Below are positions 9,860-17,674 of a stretch of DNA of 64,000 bases, piece by piece (the stretch's first letter is position 1; each line of letters starts with the position of its first letter). Position numbers and translations under genes: made by a program. Origin of the DNA: a virus. Lineage: Duplodnaviria > Caudoviricetes. Where the stretch lies: the IMG/VR virus record IMGVR_UViG_3300010167_000019, positions 16,202-80,201 of that record. One strand, written 5' to 3'. The notes beneath the pieces were generated by a model. That model saw nothing but the letters and a program-made list of their open reading frames with translations, was not told the DNA's origin and did not search any database.

Positions 9860-10304
9860 CAAAAGTCTTCACATGTATTCGCTACATACATGCAGTTCTC
9901 TTACGAACTTCTCTAGGCTTTCCCTAGAGTTGAGACTATATCACCTAGAAATACTCTGTTACCAAGTAATTCTAGCCCTCCATTTCGATTTAAGGGATTC
10001 TCACCCACCGCAATCGCTTCGGCCCTACTCTACTCACTTCTTCACATAGAGTTTTCTTCTATGCTATGTTTTCGATAGTCGTTGAACATGCCATCTGCTT
10101 GAGACAACATGCTGCGGATTGACCATCTATCTTCAACCTTACTTACTGTACCTATGATGGTTAGTCATAGCCATCATACCATCACTGATATGATTTAGTA
10201 GTTGAAGCTTTAGGCATCCGTAGTTAGAATTAACTACAGATGGAACAATACGTTCCCGTTCCCGTCAATTAAGAGGGTTTAAAGCCCCAATTGTTTATTC
10301 TATT
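9860..10304 (-). mobile_element. group I intron C (445 nt, no ORF)
   Basis: AAUUGACGGG, AAUCCGCAGC, UUCAACGACUA and GAUAUAGUC elements; IGS AUUGGGGCUUU at 10291-10281; ends ...gaagacttttG. Confidence 0.85.
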
Positions 10305-10307
10305 AGG
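10305..10307 (-). CDS. phage RNAP beta-N, exon 3: 3-nt micro-exon CCT (Pro)
   Basis: Lies between the terminal G of intron B (10308) and the start of intron C. It restores KKG-P-NSLG and is complementary to both guide sequences. Confidence 0.8.
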
Positions 10308-10523
10308 CTGTGTCTTCACATGTATTCGCTACATACATGCAGTTCTCAGTACTAACTTGTACATGAACTTCTACATCTCTCGATGTAGTCGAGACTATAT
10401 CTTCCTCATACACTCTATGACCAAATGTATGAAGTCCCTTCGTTTCCCATTGCTCCATGTCCGTCCAAGACATTTGGCCTCCAATCGCTTGAGGGGTACT
10501 CTACTGACTACGTGATAGGGTAT

Positions 10524-11609
10524 TTACGCCGCTATCGGTAGTTGGTCGATAGTCGTTGAACGTTCCTTCTTTAATTGAAATTTTACCAAAGCGATATATT
10601 TTCTATTGACTCGATTATCTGGCAAATCGAGCAACGTTACTATTTCCCCAGGCTCACTCAACCCACTGTCCAATAGCTCAATCACCCTACCCCGTAAGTT
10701 ATCGGGCCTAGTCTTGCTCTCCGGTTCAGGAATCTCATAATCCCTGGAAATGGACATCCAAGACATACGCTGTTTGATAGAATGGGGTAATGATACAGGT
10801 ACGGATAGCAGTCTAGATATTTCTGCCAAGCCTTTACCTTCTTCCAGTAGCTTACAGACAGCATGGATTTGTTCATGGCTGTAGGTGGAAGAAGTTCGTA
10901 AGAATCCCTTTTCACGTGGCATTTCTCCAGCCGCAGGTATATCATACTGGGATGAGATATGTTTCCATTTACCAGCATACTTGATAGATCTAGCCAGACC
11001 GATTGACACACCAACCTTTTCAGCTGCTCGTTTACAGTTATGACCTCCTTCTAGCAATTTACAAATAGCATGAGCTTGCTCATCTGTGTAAACTGCATTG
11101 GGTCGATCAGTTCCGACTCTAGTAAAGGAGGCATTGTCATAGCAACCCATCTCCATAGCATGTTGTTTATTCTCAGCTGAAGTAGCCCATTCCAAGTTGC
11201 GATACCAGTTGTTAGTCTTGACTCCATCGATGTGGTTGATCTCAGGTTTATTTTCTGGATTAGGTATGAAGGCCTGTCCCACCAATCGATGTACTCTGAA
11301 TGTCCCATATTTTGTTTCTGTACGTAGACTAACTCTTTCATACCCTTGATCAGATAAACTCTTCTTTACTAGGCGACCAAGAGCATTGCTATACACTTCT
11401 CCTACATTGCTGATCATGTAATCCAGTTCCTTGCCTTCAAAGACGATAGGTTTCCATTCGGGGTTTGCAGTGTCCCAGATCCTATCATTGAGCATATCTT
11501 CCATCATACTTTCCATATTCTTACTCATAGTCTCATCCTTATTCTTAGCCATTAATTTCACTCCTTCATCTTTTTTGTTTTTACTTTTACTTTTACTTTT
11601 AGACATCAT
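10524..11609 (-). CDS. intron-encoded NUMOD4-HNH homing endonuclease with two C-terminal HTH-like repeats
   Basis: WKPIVFEG..YMISNVGEV (NUMOD4) and VHRLVGQAF..NPENKPEINHIDGVKTNNWYRNLEWAT (HNH). AAGGAGG RBS before the ATG at 11609. Confidence 0.92.
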   Translation of the reverse strand: MMSKSKSKSKNKKDEGVKLMAKNKDETMSKNMESMMEDMLNDRIWDTANPEWKPIVFEGKELDYMISNVGEVYSNALGRLVKKSLSDQGYERVSLRTETKYGTFRVHRLVGQAFIPNPENKPEINHIDGVKTNNWYRNLEWATSAENKQHAMEMGCYDNASFTRVGTDRPNAVYTDEQAHAICKLLEGGHNCKRAAEKVGVSIGLARSIKYAGKWKHISSQYDIPAAGEMPREKGFLRTSSTYSHEQIHAVCKLLEEGKGLAEISRLLSVPVSLPHSIKQRMSWMSISRDYEIPEPESKTRPDNLRGRVIELLDSGLSEPGEIVTLLDLPDNRVNRKYIALVKFQLKKERSTTIDQLPIAA

Positions 11610-11651
11610 TCTCACCTCCTTAAAGAAATATATTTTGCCAGATCTCACTTT

Positions 11652-11662
11652 ATAATATATCA
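11652..11662 (-). promoter_or_regulatory. early-type promoter inside intron B, upstream of the HNH gene
   Basis: TGATATATTAT about 45 nt upstream of the HNH start. Confidence 0.55.
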
Positions 11663-11860
11663 TCATAAAATATCATCAATTAAAGAAGACTCGCTGCGGA
11701 TTGTCCAATCTCTAACCTTACTTACCCTACCCATGTTAATTACTCATGGCCATTACACTGTCACCAGTGTAACTTGGTAGTTAGAGCTCTAAGGATGTTC
11801 CCGTCACCTTGTAGGAATTAGGCCCTGCTCAGTACAAAGTCATCCAACTTTATACACATT

Positions 11861-12081
11861 GCCTTTCTTCGTTGATTTCCACCGGATCGAGAAGTCCATA
11901 TCATTGTTAACATCGGCATATCTTAAGATACCTGAACCAAAGATTCTGGAGAGTAAAATGTCATTGGGGAATCGGAAAGCAGAAAGATAATCACGGATAG
12001 TAGCCTTATCACCTAGAGAGACTAAGCGATTGATCCTCTTGCTAACTTCAGCTGTCATCAGAGATCCTACATATTCATTAC
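11861..12081 (-). CDS. phage RNAP beta-N, exon 2
   Basis: (C)NEYVGSLMT...DMDFSIRWKSTKKG; phase matches exon 1. Confidence 0.82.
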
Positions 12082-12497
12082 CAAATACCTTCACATACAT
12101 TCGCAACATGCATGCAGTGCACCTAAGCACTTCTCTAGGTCTCCCTAGACGTTGAGACTATATCTTCATCCTACTACTGTGACCATAGTAGTGATGCCTC
12201 TCGTTTCCAGTTACCCCACCTTCAGTTCTTCCAGTGGCCTAGCATTAGCTTCTAGGTGTACTTCCTCTTTACCACTCTAAGGTTTTTCTCCCGTATCGCA
12301 GTGTTAGGAATAGTCGTTGAACGTGTAACTATTTTTCTCCAGATTTAATAGTTACTTCGCTGCGTTTGATGACCCTAGCTCCATAGCTTTTACTATCCCT
12401 GGATCGTTATATCCAGTGCTACACTATCTATCACTAGTAGCTGCAGTGTATGGAGAGTTACAGGGATTCCCCGCAATTATGAGAGAATGGGCAAACT
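12082..12497 (-). mobile_element. group I intron A (416 nt, no ORF)
   Basis: Exon ends CGG-U and the intron ends in G, so splicing restores KRLR-C-NEY. Elements AAUUGCGGGGAA, UUCAACGACUA and AGAUAUAGUC. Confidence 0.88.
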
Positions 12498-13542
12498 ACC
12501 GCAATCGCTTATGCACCATGGAAAGATTATCTTTGGCCCATAGGGTATGATAATTTTGTAAGATCCAGCGAAGCAGATAGTAAATGTTTTGCTTATCATA
12601 GTCATTGATTTTTAATTCAGCCCGAGTAACATCATCCAATAGGCGATTGAAGAAGATATGCTGATACTCACCTCGTCGTATGGTATTCTTCCCTCCGACG
12701 ATGATCATCCATTCGTCTCGGTTGTCGATATTGTGATAAGCAATTTTGTATTCTTCAAATAGCTTCAACAAGCAACCTGTGATTGAGCGTACGTATATAA
12801 ACTCTTCGAATGGTTCTGCTTGCACCGCTACGACGATATTCGACTTCTTATTGCACTCGAAATACAAGTAGCCTTCTTCTCTACTGTAATCATCTTTGGC
12901 TAAGATTTTAATGAAGCGATAGACTTCTAGAAAATTTAGCATCTTGGTAATTGTCAAATGGGAGTAGATCAATAGAACGTTGATGGCATTTTTAAAGATT
13001 TGAATTTTGTAGATGGGCACTGTATAAGATTGATGATTGACGTCTACTAATTCCTCCTTGAAGGTTTTGACAGAGATGGGCATCAAGGACTTAACAGTCA
13101 CTGCTCCAATGGAAGGGTAGGATAATTTATCTACCAGCTGGAAGAGAATATAGGCTGACTTACCTTTGATCTTGTAGTAGCCATGTTCATCTTGGATGGG
13201 TATGATGATGGGTTTCTTAATATAGTAGACTTTGTAATCACCGGATTTATCATAGGCAGAAATCTCCACATCTAGATAGAGTACACCACATCTAGTCTCA
13301 GCCATATTCTTGATGATCTTATTTTTGTTAGAATTTCTTCTGATGACGTGATCATTGACATTATAGTTTTCCTCATTAGGATCCCATTCGTAACCTAAGA
13401 TCTTGATATTGGGAATGATAGAAAATCCTAAGAAACTCATGTAGACAAACTCATGCAACTCTTTGTCAAACTCTCGGCGCATTAAAGGTAAATTTAAATT
13501 ATCGACAAATTGATTGGGAATGGAATTTAAATACTTGAGCAT
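12498..13542 (-). CDS. phage multisubunit RNA polymerase beta subunit N-terminal half (phiKZ gp123 / AR9 gp105-like non-virion RNAP), exon 1; spliced product 571 aa
   Basis: AGGAGG RBS and ATG at 13542. The five exons total 1716 nt and stay in frame. Motifs IKG...YILFQLVDK, KDNL...KRLRCNEY, KGPNSLG and HPS...SSDPG. Confidence 0.78.
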
Positions 13543-13555
13543 TATTAACCTCCTT

Positions 13556-13678
13556 CTACCAGTACCAGAGAGAGAAAACAATTACTCCTAAGACTAGGCC
13601 ACCTCCTAAAATTGATAAGATCAACCAACTGTGGTCAGACGGTGGTTTGAACCATTCATCGTCTTCAGAGAATTTCAC
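13556..13678 (-). CDS. 40-aa single-pass membrane peptide
   Basis: GGGAGG RBS, GTG start, MKFSEDDEWFKPPSDHSWLILSILGGGLVLGVIVFSLWYW; below the ORF-track cutoff. Confidence 0.6.
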   Translation of the reverse strand: MKFSEDDEWFKPPSDHSWLILSILGGGLVLGVIVFSLWYW

Positions 13679-13715
13679 GTGCTCACCTCCCTATTAGTTG
13701 AGTTGTCTTTGTTAG

Positions 13716-14396
13716 TTAGGGAAATAATAGCATGGGCAATTTGCCCATGCTATTATTTGTTTTCTCTTGGTTAAATTCTTGATCTAAGTGGATTCTGGAT
13801 TCAGTTGCTCCTACCTGAGTATTATACTTCGATCCTCTTACGATGGAATAGGGTGTCTTAGCATACTGGGATTTGATAAACCAAACTTGGACAATGCGCA
13901 TATCGGGATAGAGTACAACCGGATAGGCAGACAGATTGGTGATTTGTAGGCTGACTGTTCCTTGGAAGCCAGAATCACATAAGCCACCTGATTCGATATG
14001 GATAGAGAGTCGAGCAATAGAAGATCGGCCGGCAATAAAACCCATGATACCCTCAGGGATAAATAAATATTCTTCAGTGGTCATCAAGACAAAATCTCCA
14101 GGCTCAATAATATAACAATTCACCAAGTGTTGTGGTTTTTCTCCGGGTTCTCTTAAAATATTGCCTCCACTAAAGCGAGGCGGTTGACGAGGATCGATGA
14201 TGGCTCTACCCTCCTTTGTCTTGTGATTGGGTTGTGGGATACGATAGGATCCTCCTAAAGTTAAATCAACTGAATTGGGTTGCAGCTGATAAGGCTGAAT
14301 CGGTGTACGAACCAGCATACCTCGTTCGATATATTTTTGAATGGCTCGATCACTTAAGATTGGAGAAAATAAATCTTTAAAGAATCTTCCAAACAT
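13716..14396 (-). CDS. dcd: dCTP deaminase / dUTPase-family trimeric enzyme
   Basis: LSDRAI, QLQPNSVDLTLG, GRSSIARL, DSGFQG, LYPDMRIVQVWF and KYNTQ.GA..SR. The position of the usual catalytic Glu reads Gln. Confidence 0.8.
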   Translation of the reverse strand: MFGRFFKDLFSPILSDRAIQKYIERGMLVRTPIQPYQLQPNSVDLTLGGSYRIPQPNHKTKEGRAIIDPRQPPRFSGGNILREPGEKPQHLVNCYIIEPGDFVLMTTEEYLFIPEGIMGFIAGRSSIARLSIHIESGGLCDSGFQGTVSLQITNLSAYPVVLYPDMRIVQVWFIKSQYAKTPYSIVRGSKYNTQVGATESRIHLDQEFNQEKTNNSMGKLPMLLFP

Positions 14397-14430
14397 GAGT
14401 ATCCAACCTCCTTAACTTTTTAACTCCTGT

Positions 14431-14441
14431 AGAATATATCA
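14431..14441 (-). promoter_or_regulatory. early-type promoter for the dcd-RNAP operon
   Basis: TGATATATTCT upstream of dcd. Confidence 0.6.
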
Positions 14442-14471
14442 TTGAATGTTGGTGAAAACGTAGACACGGGC

Positions 14472-14483
14472 AACACCCGTATA
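14472..14483 (+). promoter_or_regulatory. AR9-like late promoter
   Basis: AACA cccgta TA upstream of the tail-fibre module. Confidence 0.5.
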
Positions 14484-14506
14484 AGTTTTGAGAGGGGGAG
14501 GATACA

Positions 14507-14989
14507 GTGGGAATCCCAAAGGCCAGTCTCTTATCTCATACTTCCAATGAAGTATTAGGGATGGAAAATTCTGCCGATAGCAGTACTCAGCGCAGCTATG
14601 TTTTAACAGTGGACCTACCAGAGAATGATAGTACGACTGATAGCATCCACAAATATAGTTTGCTCATAAACGACCAGCCGACTAACTTGAGCATTGACAT
14701 TCGAGTCTTAAGTGCCGATAATCTGTTAGAGATCACCGAGAGATTAAATTCTTTCAACGATGCCTTACACTGGAATACTTTAGACCAAGACTATGATATT
14801 TTATTTCTGGATGCTCAAGTAGTTGGGGAAAAGGAGATTCTGGGTAGAATCATTGAATTGGAAAATGCTTTGACTCCTGGCACTTATGATCAATTGATTC
14901 TCCCGGCTGATTATAAAAATGACTTTGGCCATCTGATGGCTCGGATCGATTTAATTGAAAAGTGTCTGACAATTGAGCGTTGGATTTAG
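14507..14989 (+). CDS. hypothetical protein (tail module)
   Basis: 160-aa ORF with GGAGG RBS and GTG start. Confidence 0.65.
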   Translation: MGIPKASLLSHTSNEVLGMENSADSSTQRSYVLTVDLPENDSTTDSIHKYSLLINDQPTNLSIDIRVLSADNLLEITERLNSFNDALHWNTLDQDYDILFLDAQVVGEKEILGRIIELENALTPGTYDQLILPADYKNDFGHLMARIDLIEKCLTIERWI

Positions 14990-15002
14990 AGGAGGTAGCA
15001 AA

Positions 15003-16187
15003 ATGGGTAGGCTGAAACTAGTGGAGGCAACTCTGGATAGACTGATGGGTGAATCTGTGGTTCCCGGTAGGTTGATTGTGACTTATGATGGGCGAATGTT
15101 CTACGAGAGCATCGATGGCCTTCGTTTAGAGATAACGGATATCCTTGAACTTCCTTCAGATGGCAGTAGGTTAGAATTATTGGCTCCCTTGGATCGATTC
15201 TATTGGATCCAAGAGACAGAAAAGTTATGGAAACATCATAAGGGCAAATGGAAATGTTTAAATCCGGATATGCCATTCTTCGACTCTGAAACAAATATGA
15301 TCAAGAATGAGTTCTTAACCTTTTACGATCAGGCGAGTAAAACTTTCTCCAATGACTACTTCAGCTTTTATAACAGCGAGACCAATACCTTCATCAACCA
15401 ATACTTCTCCTTCATCAATGAAGAGACCGGAGAAATTAAATTGGATGCTCTACCTTCAGGTGGAAGTGATGGCAGCTTACCTGGAGAACCCGGACAACCT
15501 GGTGCGCCCGGTATACCAGGAGCAGCTGGCGGTGTAGTTATCCTAGGTAAAGATGGTACAGTTGCTGAAGGTTATCTGCCCTTGGCTACTGTCATCCAAA
15601 AAGGCATAGCCACTCTAGGATCTACCGGAGGAGCTGCTCGTTTTGGAGAGAAGAAGGATGTTGGCTTAGATAAAGTCAGCAATGATGCTCAAGTCAAAGA
15701 AGCAGACTTGGGTGGTGCTTTAAACACCCTAGCGTCTACTATCAAAAAAATCATTCCAGCCATCAACGAATTGTTTGAGAAAAAGTTAAATATAGACTCC
15801 AAGGACTATGTTAAATCTCCTGGTAATCAGGGGGAAGAAAAAGTGATGATTGCACCTTTGGTGAAGGGAGATCCCCTTACCTTGATTGAGCTAAGTAGAT
15901 TTGCTCGAACTTATGGACCAGGCGCTATCGTTGGTTCAGATTCCACACCTAATGAAATTCTCATGGATACTCCAGGTCAGGCTGGTAAGGATTCTGCCTA
16001 TGCTCGAGCGGATCATGCTCATCCCATTAAAATCAGCTTTGAGGGTACACTTAATAATATCAAACCGGATGGTGCTAACGCCTCCTTAGGTAGCACGGAT
16101 AAAATTCCTAGATCCGATCATGTTCATAAACAAAAATACACTCTAACTCTAAGTGGTACCACTTTAACCATCACTACGAATAATTAG
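15003..16187 (+). CDS. putative tail fibre protein
   Basis: Short collagen-like run PGEPGQPGAPGIPG, KKDVGLDKVSN, and paired ARADHAHP / PRSDHVH motifs typical of phage fibres; AGGAGG RBS before 15003. Confidence 0.65.
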   Translation: MGRLKLVEATLDRLMGESVVPGRLIVTYDGRMFYESIDGLRLEITDILELPSDGSRLELLAPLDRFYWIQETEKLWKHHKGKWKCLNPDMPFFDSETNMIKNEFLTFYDQASKTFSNDYFSFYNSETNTFINQYFSFINEETGEIKLDALPSGGSDGSLPGEPGQPGAPGIPGAAGGVVILGKDGTVAEGYLPLATVIQKGIATLGSTGGAARFGEKKDVGLDKVSNDAQVKEADLGGALNTLASTIKKIIPAINELFEKKLNIDSKDYVKSPGNQGEEKVMIAPLVKGDPLTLIELSRFARTYGPGAIVGSDSTPNEILMDTPGQAGKDSAYARADHAHPIKISFEGTLNNIKPDGANASLGSTDKIPRSDHVHKQKYTLTLSGTTLTITTNN

Positions 16188-16207
16188 TAGCAGAGGTGAA
16201 AAATTCA

Positions 16208-16897
16208 ATGCCGATCATCATGGATGGCATACTCATTCCTGAAGAAAGCAATATGATCACAGCTAATGGAGTCAACATTCGCCGAGTGATTGTAGACGGT
16301 ACGGTCGTCTGGTTCTTTAATCGTAAACCGACAACCCCTGAGCTAACAACTACTATTCCTGAAAGTAATATTGTTGCACCTGGCACCCCAGTTCGGATCA
16401 CTGCTGCTTCCACCGATCCTGATGGCGACAAAATAACTTACCATTGGGAAAATATTCCTTCCTCTGGTTTACCGGTAGCTTACAATCAAGGACAGGCTAG
16501 TCAAAATAACTATTATTCCCTAGGCAAGCAACTGGTGAAAGTTATTGCCAGAGACGAATGGGGAGCTGAAGCAGGTGCAGCTATTGTCTTTGGTGTTTCG
16601 AGTGGCAACAACTTTGGTACTGCTCAAATGGGTGAATTCACAACGAGCATCTTAGAAGAAGGGGTGGCTAACTTCTCTATCATCTATGCTTACATGAATG
16701 CTCCTGGAGCCAGTGGTCATAATAGCAGCAATAAGGACGTAGGAACAATCTGGGGACGTAAGACCAGTGATAACGAATGGGAAGTTTGGGTTCAAGGTAC
16801 CACTAGCAACGGTATTACCTTGACGGCAACTGCTGAACCAGGAGTTTATTGGCAAGCGAAGTTTGTCTACCAAGTTGATCTTGGACACGGATCCTGA
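16208..16897 (+). CDS. tail-associated protein with an Ig/PKD-like module
   Basis: AASTDPDGDKITYHW...VKVIARDEWG is a PKD/Ig-like signature. Confidence 0.55.
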   Translation: MPIIMDGILIPEESNMITANGVNIRRVIVDGTVVWFFNRKPTTPELTTTIPESNIVAPGTPVRITAASTDPDGDKITYHWENIPSSGLPVAYNQGQASQNNYYSLGKQLVKVIARDEWGAEAGAAIVFGVSSGNNFGTAQMGEFTTSILEEGVANFSIIYAYMNAPGASGHNSSNKDVGTIWGRKTSDNEWEVWVQGTTSNGITLTATAEPGVYWQAKFVYQVDLGHGS

Positions 16898-16965
16898 CTA
16901 GCTAATTTTAGGTCCGGGATGACCTATGACGTTACCTTCCACTTTGACGGTTAAGGAGGTCAAAT

Positions 16966-17646
16966 ATGAAAATTATTTCTCTCGCTGAAGCTAATAGTTT
17001 TAAGGGAGGCTATCTACAGGAAAGATTGCTAGTCACACTGAAGGAAGCTTCTTTCAAGGAAATTTTAAAGTTAAGACTGAAGCCTATCAGCTTCCATGAA
17101 TATACTTACGCTGGTTATACTCGTTTGATCACAATCACCTACGATCTGGAAAAGGCTCTTTTTACAGTGGAACTTTCTAAAGATCCGGCCTTAGCCTTGA
17201 GTGAAGATTTATTTACCAGCGAAGGCTTAGACACTCGTCGTCAAATGAAAGCAGAAGAGTTAGCCAGTGAAGTCAATCGGATCATTGATGAGGGAGTCGA
17301 TGTTCTTACGACTAAAGGTCAAGAACGTTTCACTTTGACTATCAGTGATCGTCTTACCTTACAAGAGGCTGTCAATGAGCTAGTTATTAAATCCCGTACT
17401 CTCTTCAGAGCCAGTGGTCAACCCTTTCGTTTATTTAGCCGAGAAGAAGTTATGGCAGTCAATAAAGCAGCTCTTCGGCATATTAAATTTCATCAGATCT
17501 GTTTAAGTTTTTACCAAGACTACCTGTATAGACTGAATACAGAAGAAGAGCTGGCCCAAGTTAACTATGGGGGAAATCTTCCCGATGATCTTATATCAGC
17601 CCTGAGTGATACACTTGGACGGATGGAAGGAAAGTCCTTTGGTTAA
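16966..17646 (+). CDS. putative tail-fibre assembly protein (DUF4376-like C-terminus)
   Basis: Follows the fibre genes; C-terminal ...LNTEEELAQVNY pattern. Confidence 0.45.
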   Translation: MKIISLAEANSFKGGYLQERLLVTLKEASFKEILKLRLKPISFHEYTYAGYTRLITITYDLEKALFTVELSKDPALALSEDLFTSEGLDTRRQMKAEELASEVNRIIDEGVDVLTTKGQERFTLTISDRLTLQEAVNELVIKSRTLFRASGQPFRLFSREEVMAVNKAALRHIKFHQICLSFYQDYLYRLNTEEELAQVNYGGNLPDDLISALSDTLGRMEGKSFG

Positions 17647-17674
17647 TTAGACTTTGTGAAGGGGAGTAAATGAG

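Larger units (their letters stand above)
10308..11860 (-). mobile_element. group I intron B (1553 nt) carrying an HNH endonuclease ORF
   Basis: GGUGACGGGAAC and AAUCCGCAGC lie upstream of the ORF; UUCAACGACUA and AGAUAUAGUC lie in or after its 3' end. IGS AGGGCCU (11826-11820) is the exact complement of the ligated AGGC|CCU. Confidence 0.85.

Noticed and set aside
11578-11600. ttacttttacttttactttt hexamer repeat
   Set aside because: It simply encodes the SKSKSK low-complexity start of the HNH protein.
11812-11825. GGG CCT AAT TCC (reads GPNS) near the start of intron B as an alternative exon or target duplication
   Set aside because: It is out of frame with exon 2 and behind an in-frame TGA; the resemblance is largely explained by the IGS being complementary to a near-palindromic junction.
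9230-12130. Short track ORFs within the introns (9230, 9363, 9795, 10291, 10682, 11051, 11431) and the track starts at 9299, 9862, 12130, 35393, 51599 and 63797
   Set aside because: They overlap ribozyme cores or the HNH gene and lack RBS; the apparent starts are intron sequence or internal Met codons of exons.
12496-12498. In-frame TAG/TGA/TAA stops in the RNAP, dnaB and terL genes suggesting genetic-code reassignment
   Set aside because: Each stop lies just inside a group I intron, and splicing restores the frames. Uninterrupted long genes end normally at all three stop codons.
15478-15530. Collagen triple-helix domain
   Set aside because: Only about five G-X-Y triplets; treated as a flexible linker in the fibre protein.
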